NCBI RefSeq assembly: GCF_028641065.1
Contig: NC_073389.1
Location: 24,924,001 to 24,988,000, forward strand
From: Leucoraja erinacea
Lineage: Eukaryota
Direction: 5' to 3'
DNA: 64,000 bases
The notes beneath the pieces are model-generated. The model made no database searches, was not told the origin of the DNA, and worked only from the letters and a program-made list of their open reading frames with translations. Shown one piece after another: positions 1 through 12,587 of the stretch; the first letter of the stretch is position 1; each line of letters begins with the position of its first letter. A program made the position numbers and the translations under genes.

Positions 1-69
1 GGTGGGGGAGGGGGGTGGTGAATGAATGCACATGATTGTGTGTTCTTCAGCATAAGATTCTACCAAAGA

Positions 70-195
70 GGGGGGATCCTGTCACAGAAGAGAGATCCTG
101 CCATGGCAGAGGGGATCCTGCCACCGAAGGGGGGGGTGGGGAGGAGATATCCTGCCACAGAAGGGGGGGGGGCAGCAGAAGGATCCTGCTGTAGG
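70..195. repeat. Degenerate ~20-bp tandem repeat, unit roughly gatcctgccacagaa(g)n
   Basis: Five or more recurrences of (g)atcctg(c/t)c separated by purine/G runs. Confidence 0.6.
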
Positions 196-289
196 GAGAG
201 GATATTGTCATAGGGTGAATTATATCACATATCAGAGTACTGAGGTCCTGGGGAAGAGGACCGGTCGCAATGCTGAGGTGTTTGAGAGC

Positions 290-1300
290 AGGAAGCTCAC
301 CGATACTCCGCCGTCTCCATGCAGCGTGAGGCAGCACTCTCGCGAGACGACGTCCGTTGCTTGCCTTGTGGCTGCAGCGCGCTCGAGGGAAGCCGCAGCA
401 CCCGATTGGCCGAGAGCTGCGTCACGTGGCCGGACCGGCTTCCCGACGACCTTTGCGCCGCGTGGAGATAACGAGAGACGAAGGGACGAGGGGCAGAGTG
501 TGGCAGCGACGGCGGGGGCAGTGGACGTGGTGAAACCTTCCCGGAACAGCGCGCTCGGCCTTGTATATCCCTTAGATATATAGCTCTCTCTCTCTTTTGT
601 GTATAAATATACTCTTCACTTCAGCGTCGGTGGAGCACAAAAAACGAGAAGCGAACAGGAAATCCTCAGAGGAAATTTCCCCCCTTAATCACCCTTTTTA
701 TTACCTTATCCCGAAGGAGGAGAGAGAAAAATATATAAAATAACGTCGTTTTTTTCCTAGTCAGAATTTTCTCACTTTTTTTTAGTTATGAGTCATGTGG
801 CCATCGGAAATGTACTGGATCTAGATCAGCAGGTGAGTTAGCGGCAACTTGACTTGGTGACTCTTTCCTCGGCGGCGTGATGTTGAATGTTTTTTGTGTG
901 TTTAGTTGAGGGAGGGGGCAGCCTGTGGGTTCCTTCCCACTTCTCTTGTCTTTTTTACTCTCCTTCCCCTCCAAGGCCGGTTGCGGGAAGTCCGCCGACA
1001 ATGGCGACTTTTGTGAGTCTCGGAGCCGCCCCGCGCTGCGACTGGGAGGAGTTCGTTTTTTATGTATTAAAGAGTTTAAAAATACAAAATGGGACTCTTG
1101 TCCCTTTCCGCTTAACTTTGAGGACATTTCTAATTTCTCCCCCCTCCCCACCCCTCTTTTGGAGTTACGAAATGCGGTGGAAAAATTGCCGGGCCTTTGT
1201 CTTCTTCGGCCTCGTCTCGGCCGCGGTGATGGGGATTGTTAATTTTCTCGGAAACCCGTCACTGCTTTTACTTTTAAATCCACTTGAATTGTAAGATCGG
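290..1300 (+). promoter_or_regulatory. CpG-island promoter and exon 1 region of DDX3X
   Basis: High CpG density against a CpG-poor background. Motifs: TCTCGCGAGA palindrome (338-347, BANP/Kaiso-type), reverse CCAAT (gattgg ~404-409), GTCACGTGG E-box/CRE-like (421-429), TTCCCGGAA (538-546), TATAAATA (602-609). Confidence 0.8.
788..832 (+). CDS. DDX3X: DDX3X exon 1 (MSHVAIGNVLDLDQQ)
   Basis: ATG at 788, 45 nt, then donor GTGAGT. Matches the DDX3/An3 N-terminus MSHVAVEN..LDQQ. Confidence 0.95.
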
Positions 1301-3814
1301 TGGAGTCTCACTTCGGCTTTTTGACCAAAATTTCGTAAAGCGAAGGGGTGGGAATTGACGGGTTTCCATTGTATGCTGGGGGAAATTAACATTAAATCCT
1401 GTAATGGCGGCCTTTGTGGTGAGCTGCCAACTATTCCCTCCACCGGCTACAGTAGCAGATTAAATATTTCCACGTGAGCACTTGTTTTAAAACCCGTCAT
1501 TTAAAGCTCTTGACGCAGCCCATTGTATTCCCTGAAAACTACCTTCATTCCCAAATCTACACAACATTGGTATTTTCAGGATGTATAAGCAAAAGAATGA
1601 ACTCCTAGATTGATCAAACGATCTCATTAAATTTCTAATTTCAAAGCCAACTTTAACTTCCCAGCGCATTCTTTTGTTTTCGAAATATAGAATAGCATTT
1701 TTCAGTTTTAAGGTTTGACTTCTGTTTTCATTTTTTCCCCCATATTGTGGTTATTTAACACGATTACATAACTTTATCGTATTACTCTCACCAGAAAGCC
1801 TGGCCTACTTTTTTTTTTTGAACTGATCATTGTCACAGTGGCTTGGTGTTATAACTTGGTTGATCGTTTCAAATTTAATAAATGTACCGGTTAGACCTTT
1901 GAATAACCAGTAATATTTACGACTTTTAAAAAATCGTTTTGTTGTCGAGCATTTAAATTCAAAAGAACGGCATGTTTCAAACCAATTTTAGCTGAATCGA
2001 TTGCTGTTTTCCTGTTTACTGGAAGTCCGTGCGCTAGGAAACTGCGCCATCATTGTGTCTGGCGCAGCATGTTATTAGCTGAAGCAATCCCTGCGGCCAA
2101 ATCATGGACCCCCTCCCAAAGTTCGGTTCCGGATAGGATTGCATAGCTATTTTCAATGTTGAGAAGGTAGCGTTAAAAAAAAACCCACAATAGATGAAAT
2201 GGATCGCTTGGAAGGAGGTGGAGGTAAAGTAAAACATTAAAATGGAGTAGTGTGTGATTAATTTCTGACGAAATCGTAGCGTATACGTCCCGGAGACTGA
2301 CGGGCGGGGAAGGACCGTCACAAAGGTTTGTTTCCTGTAAACGTAACGAACGTGCGATGCCATTTTTTTTTTCGTGACGCTTTGCGGTAAATTTCATGGA
2401 ACCAGAGCCCCACGATGTAGGAAACATGGCTTAACGACCCTTTGCATTGAGGGCTTTGAGTGCAGTTGTACGTCATTCATGAAATGCCCTCATCGCCAAA
2501 TTCTATCCTAACCTGATAAGGATCCCTACCGGAGGATTCTGCAATTTGTTATGCTGCTGGTTGTTACATTAGTCGTGGGCTGGTTTTGTTGCAATTGGTC
2601 GTCGGCTTTTCAGGCTTTCTTTGCAACTAAACGGAATGAGAGATGTTCATGACATCCAAAATCTTTTTAGCAGTTTTCAAATTTCAACCATGAATCCAGA
2701 AAGTGAGCGTTTTACTTTAATCTTTTGCATCCTTTAAAATGTCCTATTAAATTTTTGAACAAAAAAAAGACTACAATTGTCAAAATTATTTCCATTGCGT
2801 TTGGATGCGTCTGTTCATGACATCCAAAATCGTCATGGGCACCTGGTTGAAATCCCTAAATTGGAGTTAATTGTTGTACAGGACAAACTTAGATACTTGG
2901 TAATTGGCAAAATGCCCGTTTAAATGTTTTTAAAAAAAGACATTTGGGACAATAGCATGGAAATCAGAAATCACTCCATTGCTTATTCTGGAGCCAAATG
3001 TAACCTAATTGAAGTACGTGTTTTTTGTTAACCTGTGAGGGAAAATCTATTTCCAGAAGCTGTTTTTACATGTCAGTCAAAAGTTGTTTACAAATTAGCT
3101 GAGTGGAGGATGCTTTAAAGAAACATGATCTGGGCAAAATTAGAATGTCATGGTGGGACTGATGGGATTGGAGTAACCTGTGGTGGAGTTCCTAGCTAAA
3201 TTGCTCCCTGACTATTAAAGAATTTGGGTCAAACCATCTTCAACTGTGGAGCTTCAACTTTTGTTTCCCCTTTACTCAATCCTGTCCGTTAAGTGTTCAG
3301 GGGAATCTCATTTTAACCACCACCATAAGTGAAAAGTATGCTTATTTGTCGCATGGACGTTGAATAAACATTTCACCACAAAGAATGGTTATTGCACTAA
3401 GAAGTGCAAAATCTAGTGCCTCAACGTTTAAAAATAAAAAAGAGCAAAATAATATATGAATGGTTGGGGAAATAACCGTGTAGTTATTATGAGGGTGAAC
3501 AATGCTCAACTGATACCGGAAGACATGGTTTCTTTTATTCTGTGCTGCTAATCAAAATACCAGTTAAGCTATGAATTAAGAAGCTATTGTCCAAGGAATC
3601 TAGAACAATTTAATTGAGAAATCAACTTTTTTATTTAGTTTGTGTATTAAAACATTTTTTTTAATTGCTTATTTGATGCCTGCAGAAGGTGACTGGCATT
3701 TTGAAGGGGTAATATGCCTCTACTTAAGGGGGGGGGGAAACCTGATCTGAGCTGGCAGCATCTCCAGCGAGAAGTGGGTGACATTTTGGGTTGAGACCCT
3801 TCTTTGACATCTGG

Positions 3815-4170
3815 AAATATCTAAATATATTGAAGAAGTCTGGTGAATGCGAAGCAGGGTAGAGTGGATGCAGTGAGGATATTTTCTCTTGTGGGAGAGT
3901 TTAGGGCCAGAAGTCATAGCCCCAGAATAAAAGGATGAGGGATTTCAGAAGCTGATGAATCTGGAATTCATTGCCACAGAAGGCTGTAGAGGCCGAGTCG
4001 ATGTATAATTTTAAAGCGGAGATGAGTGGATTCTTGAATAGTGTGGGTGTTGGGGGTTATGGGGAGATGGCAGAAGAATGAGGTTGAGGGAAACTAGATC
4101 AGCCATGATTGAATTGTGTAGTAGACTTGATAGGCTGAATGACCCAATTCTGCTCCTGTCACATGATCAT
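3815..4170 (+). mobile_element. CR1 3' fragment (others at ~6790-7190, 21010-21720, 38030-38270, 45860-46520)
   Basis: tggaattcattgccacagaaggctgt and gggttatggggag..ggcagaagaatg CR1 3' signature. Confidence 0.7.
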
Positions 4171-4804
4171 GAATTTTGATAAGTTTTGGATTGGGTATGA
4201 GGCAGATAAAGAAATGACTATAGGGTGTGCTTTGGGAGATGTGATAGAACAAATCCTCTCAACCAGTGCAGGTCAAAGAAGGGAGAAAAGTACTTGAATA
4301 TAAATGGCTATGTTATTGAGACGAATAATTGTAGGCCAGAGCAATGTTAGTCTTTGATTTGCTAGATGCCATGTTAGTGGCTACATGGATGTGGATGGAC
4401 AAATGTGAAAAGTAATATTAGCTTTTCATGAAGGTCACACATAGCAAAGTAAGAGCATGTGGCTTAGATTACAGAAACACTTGTGTGCAGAGAAGTTACT
4501 TGAGAGCAATTAAGGAAAAGAGTTGGATTTAAACCTACATAATTGTGACTAGTTCATCCTTCCCAAGGAATTGTACTGTGCTTTTTTAAATTGTGGGAAT
4601 GAGTGAAACGTTTGTGTTCATGGCCGTGCCTTGAAGTTGGTGTGAAATGCTGCTTAAAATGGCAGACGGTGATTTGTTTTATCTATTCAATGATACATTT
4701 GGAATACAAAAACGTCTTGTATTGAAATTTTTGAAGGAGGACCCCTGGAGGCTCTTTGCAAGCATTGCACTGGTTTACAGATGTTGATTGCAGAATTTCA
4801 GTTA

Positions 4805-5475
4805 AGGGCCTGTCCCACTAACGCGACTTTTCAGCGACTGTCTTCGACCTTCAAGGTCGAGGACACTCGCCTGTAAAACCTCGAGCTGGATCGATCATTA
4901 GCGATGAAACCGCGAGCTGGATCGACCGTCAACAAACAAACGCATCAAAAAGGCGGGTCCAGGGAAAGCGGGGGAGCGCTGTTTGAAATTCACACCCGCG
5001 ATGAACAGGAAGGTAAAAAATGGCTGCAACAGTGTGCGGTAAGTCCTTTAGAGAGTGTGGTGGGGGGGGGGGCGAAGAAGTGGAGACATTTTTAAGAACT
5101 TTTAATAAAGTTCAGCAGGCATTTAACATTACTGATTGGTTTTCCTTAGTTCTGAAAACTCCAATGAGCCAATTAAAATGCCCGGTCAGCAAAGAAGATT
5201 GCCTATGGCTACCTCGACTGCCTAGCGACCCCACTCCACTGTGGTACGAGTTCAAAAGAACCATGCTGGCCAATTTTTACTTGCGGGAAATTTTCCAGCA
5301 TGCTGAAAAAATTTTCCTCGCCCAAACTGAGGCCGTGTGTATGCGGGAACATCCCTCTAGCAGAACAAGAGTTCCAGGGACCTCCTAGGACCATGTGTCG
5401 ACTGTGCTGCGAGTTTGAGTCGAGCGCAGACTCTTCTAAACTGGCAAATTAGGTCGCCGCAATGGGACAGGCCCT
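4805..5475. mobile_element. PIF/Harbinger-like MITE, copy 1
   Basis: TIR agggcctgtccca...tgggacaggccct, TTA target duplication. Confidence 0.85.
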
Positions 5476-6055
5476 TTAAGCAATTTACAATTTTAGTTCT
5501 GAGAGAAAATGTGGAAACGGGCCCTTAAACATATCAGGTCCACACTGCCTGTCGATCACTCATTACCACTAGTTCTGTTTTCCTACACCATTGGGCGCTA
5601 ATAATTAATGCAGAGCAGCTCTTCCTAACTAAATATAGGAGAAGGCAATTTGGCCTTTGCTGGCTTTTGGGGAGAAGCCTTATCAATTCCATCTTGTCTT
5701 CCATGGGTCCCTGCAAATTTTTATGAAATACTTGCCTTTAATTACTAAAAACACTACTGGTGGAACTTGCAGTTACTTAGAAATTGTCCAAACTCTCCAT
5801 GGCAACCAAATTCCTGGGGCAGCCGGACTAAATGGTGTGCCACCATGTTGCCCTTTCAGGAGTTCAATCTTGTATATCTCGTATAACTATAAATTTAAAT
5901 TCCTGTAGTCTTGTTCTGTATAATTGATGCTGACTTTAATTTCCCACTCGGCATATTATATGCCAGAATATTATAGCAATTTAAATCATGGATGATAATG
6001 CAAGTTGCTGGCATTTCTACTGTAAACTTATTAATATACATTTTATTTATTTCAG

Positions 6056-6116
6056 CTTGCTGGCCTAGACCTGACATCGTCTTCAGGTGATGCTCAAAGT
6101 GCTGGAGGGGCTGGTA
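6056..6116 (+). CDS. DDX3X: DDX3X exon 2 (LAGLDLTSSSGDAQSAGGAG), completes the NES
   Basis: ttcag acceptor, GTAAGT donor, 61 nt, phase 1. Confidence 0.93.
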
Positions 6117-8408
6117 GTAAGTAGCAGCTATTTTGCCACAGCAGTGATCTAGAGATCAGGACTGCATAACATATCTTTTATACCAGTGTGCCAAAATGGT
6201 TGTGCTTAATTTTTCTTAGGAATATTCTTGGGTATTTTGGATTCTGAACTGATTTATCCAAAGACAGGGTTGTGGTGGAAGGGTGTTCTGGCTGGATTTC
6301 AAAGGGAGGTAAAGGAATAGAGCCAGTAATAGTGTAATGAAAAGTATATGGAAATTTATTCTGTAATATAATGCATTGTGCCTATCTTAACATTAAAGCC
6401 AGCTGGTGGTAATAGAGGTTCAGCATGATACAAAATGATCCATTGGTTGTAATCTTCACGCTATAGCACTCGTGTTTAAACATTTTCATTGGGGGTGGGG
6501 GGTGTAAGGGGCTAGTGAACTTCAGGCACTATTTTTTTTTCCCTGCTGGCTTTTCAGACGTGTTTTTAATAGCTGCAAGTATTGTTTACAAAAACAATTA
6601 AGGCTCTGTTGCCTTGTTCAGTTTTTGCACAAACGTCAGAAGCAAGTGCTGATTAATGTCATCTAATTACTGCGGAGTGGTGATGTGAGGCTGCTTTTTT
6701 CAAGACTATTAATTCTTTCGATTTTTAAAGTAACGTGGTTCTTTAGTTCGTCATCCAAAAAAATATGGTGCATAGTCCAGTGGCTTTGGTATTTTGGATT
6801 CTGAACTGAATCTAAAGGCAGAGGGTTGTGGTGGATGGGTGTTCTGGCTGGACATCGGCACCATTGGTATTCCTCCAGGATCAGTGCTAGGACATAATTG
6901 GACAAAAATGTAGAGTTTTGATGTTTTTGTTAGGCTGCTTTTGGACTATATTCAGTCTGGGTGCATAAGGCAGGTATAGCAGCATGCTGCTTGGATGAGG
7001 GGGTATTGGCTGTAATGGGAGTTTGGGCAAAGTTGGTCTGTCTTCTGTGGTGTGTTTAAGGCTCATGGGAGCCCTGGTAGAAGTTTATAAAATTGAATGG
7101 TATAGCTAGGATAAATGGTCAGAACCTTTTTAAGAAGTTGTGTTTGCTAATGTGGGCTTAAAGGCCTGTTCCCGTGCTGTTTTATGCATAGTGCAGCTGT
7201 CTTATTTGCCCATCAGGATCATAATCATTATCATTGTAAATTTGGCATTTCATTTGCAAATCGAAGACGTGTTCTACCTAGCTTAATATGACCCACCAGG
7301 TTCTGGTTGGAAAGCATGTTTAAAGTTGTTTTCGCCCAAAAAATATTCATTTTTATTGGACGAGGAGGCGAGGGGGGCTAGGCAGCAGCAAATTAGATTT
7401 CTGATGTAGCCCACAAACTTCAGTGCCCTTTTTTCCCCCCAGTATCATTGGTGTTCATTTTTAAGCAATCAAAAGTGGCTCTGGTTTCTAGCAGGGTGTG
7501 ATAATGGATTAGTGATTAACTACAATAATTAGAAGTAATCTGGAGACGAGAATTAAATCCTGACAATGGCAGTTGTAGAATTGTAAAAATGTGGCCTTTA
7601 AAAGCAATTTGGAGTAATTCTGACCATGGAAGTCGTCATTTTAAAGGACTTTGAGGTTTTTCAGGGACATTTGTTTCAATAACCAGCTGTCATCAAACCC
7701 ATATTTGCATTCCGGCAACTAGTAATCCTATTTAAAATCTGTTTTAGGACCCTGCACATGCTTGACATTAACCAACTGCTACCTTGACATTGAAAAGCAT
7801 TATCACTGCAGATTCCCTCAATTGATTGCACGGCCCAGTTTGAGTAGTGGAAGGGATGTCCCAGCTAATTTGATCACACCTGTCCCAGCCGAAGCAAAGT
7901 CACCAGAACCTATGACCTCACCCACTGTGATTTTCTGGAATTTAAATTAGTATACATTATCAACAATGTTCTGTGCTTCCCTGGCTATCAGTTGTAAGCT
8001 CCTTCCCAAAACATGGCCCCTGCCATAATGAAGAGGAGAGGAGCATCACTTGTCTCAAGTTGCAGTTTTTCTGAACGGGGGGGGGGGCTACTCTGGATTT
8101 GAATCCTAAACTTGAGTATGCATTTCTAACATTCTCGTGGATTTCCTTAAGCCACTAAGGCAAACGCAACATCTAGAATACATACAGCACAACACTTTTT
8201 TTTACTTAAACTTATTTTAAAATTAGTTTTTTCTTGTCTCCAGATCTATCACAGTAATGTTCAGTTAGAGATAGCATTTTACACCTCGGATCAAGAGTAT
8301 ATCTCATGTTGGGAATTGCTTAAATGGATTTTTAAAATAATTTAAGATGAATGACTTTGTTCATATTGAATATTTCCATTGTTGTATCTACCTCTTCCCC
8401 ATCTTTAG

Positions 8409-8459
8409 AAGGTCGTTACATTCCTCCACATCTAAGAAATAAAGAAGCATCCAAAAATG
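8409..8459 (+). CDS. DDX3X: DDX3X exon 3 (KGRYIPPHLRNKEASKN), eIF4E-binding motif
   Basis: YIPPHLR motif, tag/aag tandem acceptor, GTAAGT donor. Confidence 0.95.
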
Positions 8460-8767
8460 GTAAGTCATATCATTCTCGGAACTAACGAGTGACTCGGGGG
8501 TATTCTCCATTTTTGGCGATGATCCAGAAACTGGGGAGGGGAATATTATGCACTGCTGGGAATTGACATTGGTACCCAAACTGTCTGAGGTTATTAACAT
8601 TTTCCACATGTAAAGCTTATGCTTGTAGATAAACCATTGCTTTACATGATGGCATCTTTTGTGCTCAATGCTCTGATTCAACTCAAATTCCGTTATCTTT
8701 ATATTCCACTAAATCTGTAAATATTCGGTAATGCTTATAGCTGTATTTTTGATGACTAATTACGATG

Positions 8768-8920
8768 AAGGTAGACACAAAATGGAGGAGTAACTCAGTG
8801 GGTGAGGCAGCAAAATGTCACACATTCCTCTCTCCAGAGATGCTGCCTCACCCGCTGAGTTACTCCCGTTTTGTGTCTACCTTCAATTTAAACCAGCATC
8901 TGCAGTTCTTTCTTCAACAT
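8768..8920. repeat. Penelope-derived palindromic repeat (more copies ~3745, 9615, 15828, 18702, 28280, 33440, 35010, 50590, 56653)
   Basis: Arms cacaaaa..ggagtaactcag.ggg..aggcagc and gctgcct..ccc.ctgagttactcc. Several copies carry gaagaagggtc..gacccgaaacgtcacc. Confidence 0.7.
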
Positions 8921-9004
8921 TAAGATGCTTGTTTTGACTACGTTTTCCATGTGAATTATCCAAAAGTCAATGTAAATTTGTGTGGATACATGCACTCAAA
9001 TGCT

Positions 9005-9290
9005 CATAGAGGCCCTCCCCAGCGAGTAAACATGTACTTGGGTAAACGATGCACAATCGCCAGTCCTGTTTTCTGAATGACCTGTGTTATTGCAACAGGA
9101 AGATGGCGAGTGGTTCCCATTTGCTTCAGTTATAAGTGTTGTCCAGGTTTGGTGTGACACTGGGAAAGGAAGCAAGGCTGTGGAGAGCAACAATGGGCAA
9201 CTCACTGACGTCTTCCACGAGGTGCAAGCCTTTCTTCATCGGCTGCCGCACCGTCCGGTTAACAGCACTTTGTTCATAGGCAAGCTTGGG
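9005..9290 (-). pseudogene. Possible fossil hAT transposase fragment
   Basis: With frameshifts: DGAAA/MKKG ... HC/ALHSL ... LPKYMFTRWGG, in hAT-like order and spacing. Confidence 0.4.
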
Positions 9291-12200
9291 CATTGTAGGG
9301 TGCTCTCACCAGGTGCCATTTCCCTCTGTTGGCCGTTGCTTTGTCTACCCTGAAGACTTCACTGATTCCGGAGGGAAAAGCAATGGAGTGGACCAAGCAA
9401 TGGCTAACAGGAAGAAGCAACAGCTGGTGAGAGGGAGCCCCACAGTGACTGAGCATATCCTGGCGGTGCCCTGAAGAAAGTACTGTCAGCCAGTTGGTAT
9501 GAAGTGAGCTGCAAAGATCAACTGGATGGTGTGGCTGCTGGTGAAGGAGGGCTTGCTGATGCTGACCAACAGCATTGGCACCTGACTTTAAAGTGCAACA
9601 ATGCAATGCTATTGTAACTCAGCAGGTCAGACAGCATCTGTAGAAAATATGGATAGGTGATGTTTCGGGTCCAGACCTCTTAGATATATTGTGTATTAAC
9701 CAGCATCTGCAGTTCTTTGTTTCTACCTAGGGTGGTTCCAACTTGCAAACAATCTGATTGTGTAAGGGATTATGGAATGAGTGTACTAAAATTGAAGATT
9801 TATTGTCTAGTTTTTTTTTTTGTTTTTTTTTTTAAAAGCAGTTGGGTAGTTTGAATACTTGCAGGTTATTGGTCTTTAACTTTTGTCCCTATTTACACTG
9901 CAGTGCAAGACTGCTTGAACACTGCTGCGGATAGAATTGAGAAGAATATTTCATGATGCCCATTAATCTAGAAGTGATTTGGGCGTTTCTTTGAGTATTG
10001 GGGCATCAACCTAGGCTCAAGTATTTTAGACCTGGTATTGCGCAACGCAATGGAATTACATTTCCTAGTCTGATCTCCAGGGGAAAGTGTGGCAATAACA
10101 CTTCTGGGTCCAGTTTGAGAGTGAAGCTTGAATCTTGTAACTTTTTTGTTTGAGGCTACTGCAATGATATTGAGCTCGGGTAAATCTAAGGTATGCTGTA
10201 AGGAATTGCATGAAGGATGTGCCAACTGTGGCTAATTAAGTTATTAAAGTAATTACAAGGAAAGGCGTAAGGCAAGCCCTATTCACGTAATGGATATTTG
10301 TCCCCTCAAAATTTACAAATCACTACCCAAAAATGGAGATAGATTCCCTCTTATGGAATTTGTAGTAACATTGAATGCAGAAACTTGTCAATTTTATTTA
10401 GGCATGCTGAATGTAGGATAATAAATGGTAGCCATTTCCTCTGTCCAAGACGTCAACTGATGCATTCCTGTAATTTGCAAGGTCTTTTCTCTGATGCACT
10501 GTTTTGTGGTGAGCTGCAGGTGCCATGGACAGACATTATCCCCAGGGCTCCTGATTCATCTTTCTCCCAAGAATCAGGAAATGCCTTGCATTGAATACTA
10601 GCAACGCTGCTATATTGTTTTGTTCTTCAGCATCTAAATTATTTTGGATTGGTGATCATGGTAGAAGACCCAAAACATTTTAATGACCTGCAGGGCATTA
10701 TTACTAGAACAACCTTTGGCAAATCAAAATGTTTGCTTTAATTGATGGCAGAGTTGGGGCTGGTCAGGCAGCATTTCAGCTGGTCAGGCAGAGGTACTAT
10801 TTTGGGTTGAAGGCCCATTGAAATTCTCAAATCTTCTGGATGGACCCAGAGATTTGCAAACTCACCCTTGGTTCATGAGCCTTGCTGTATTTGTATTGCT
10901 GGACCAACAGGTCACGTCTGGGGAGTGATGGTGGGATGGCGATTTCAGATTACAAAATGGCGAATTCAGGCAGATTCAAATTTGGTTTAATTGTCACATG
11001 TATCAAAGTCCAGTGGAAAGCATTTTTGTTACATGCTAACCTGTCACAATACACAAATACAATTGAGCTGTCCAGTGTACAGATGCATGATAAAGGGAAT
11101 AACACTTGGTGCAAGGTAATTTCATTAAAATAATCCAAGGGTTTCCAATGAGGTAGATCGTAGCTTAGGACCACTTGTTAACAGGCTGATTCCGTTGCCT
11201 GATAGCAGCAGGGAAGAAACTGTTACTGAATGCATTGTGATAAAATGATTCTACTCAGAACTTATCTGTGAAAGTTGGTGAGAGTTGCTGGGGACATGCT
11301 GAACTTCCTAAGCTTTCTAAGGAAGTATAGGAGTTGGTATACTTTGCCATTGCTTCGATGTGGCTAGTCCAGGATAAGTTGATGTTAACTCAACTTGAAG
11401 GACTTTAATGGGGATAATGGCAGAGTAGGTTTGAATTCTACATTTTGAAATGTGTTGGATTTGTAATGATTAAAAGATGTGTGTAGAATTTGAGCATGTC
11501 TTAGATAAAAATGTTCAATTTTTAGGAAAACCGATTTGTCCTTCAGATTTTAAATGATTAAATGTAATTGTTCCTGGATTTAGATGGTTCCACATTACTA
11601 ATACATTCTACCATCCATCCCCCTCCCTCCTGTCTAGCAAGCATGCAATCAAACCGTGGCAAAGACAGGTGTTTTGAAGTGCCTTAAGTATGGAAGTGCT
11701 CAAGTGAGGAGTTGTGCTCATTCCCCACATTATTGCACTTTGAACAAATTACTGTCAGGAATAATCTTTGGGTTTGTCAGTTGACTGGGTGTAATGTTTA
11801 ATCTTAAAGAACATCATTTTTATGAACTGGGTTTAATCACTTAACGGTGGGACATGTTAAATTTACCACCTTGTCCATCTGTTGCTAAAACTTTCAAACC
11901 AAGTTAGTTTCCATCTCAAATTTTGATAGTTGCCATTTCTTTTCCAGCTTATAATCCATTTGGATCAAATCACTCTAATTTCCCAATGTTGAGGATCTGT
12001 AAGTGCACTATGTATTTGTGTGCAAAAAGCATGGTGGCCTCAAATAGTCTTTTGCAGAAATTGTTTAACAAATTTGTTTTTAGTAACAAATTTAATTTGG
12101 AGAATTTGCTCTTCCACTGGATGCTAACAAGCAAAATGCTGAAATCATTAATTTAGACCGCACTAATATCTAAACAAAAATGCTTTTAAGGTGTCTTAAT

Positions 12201-12587
12201 TGTAACACTCCCAATCCTGCCCCCCAATTTAAGTCTAAAGCCAACTGCAGTTTAATGCCTCTCTCAGTAAAAGCTGTTCCATGCTGGTGGGATATTGAGA
12301 GATGCTTGTAGGTGGCCTGTCGCTACTAACAGTTTTTTGTTTGTATATTACAAACAATGGCTTGTACAGTTGCTTGTCTTTCCAAAGAGGCCCCTAGCAG
12401 GTGGCCATGAGAACTAAAGTAGTCTGGCTGGACCATTGTGCCACATTTAGTGTATTACTGCACGGCAGCAGAACCATTTACTAACAATGCATGTGCAACT
12501 GAATTTGGAGGTATCATTTGTTTAATTAGCTGTGCTATGATGAATTACCAAGTTGTCGTAACAAATAGTTGAGCGTAATATGGCAAA

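Noticed and set aside
215-1443. Several 90-135 aa ORFs around the promoter
   Set aside because: By-products of GC-rich CpG island sequence, with no recognisable domains.
6229-6295. ~65-bp duplicate of ~6788-6852
   Set aside because: Appears to be a small local duplication involving a CR1 fragment, with no sign of function.
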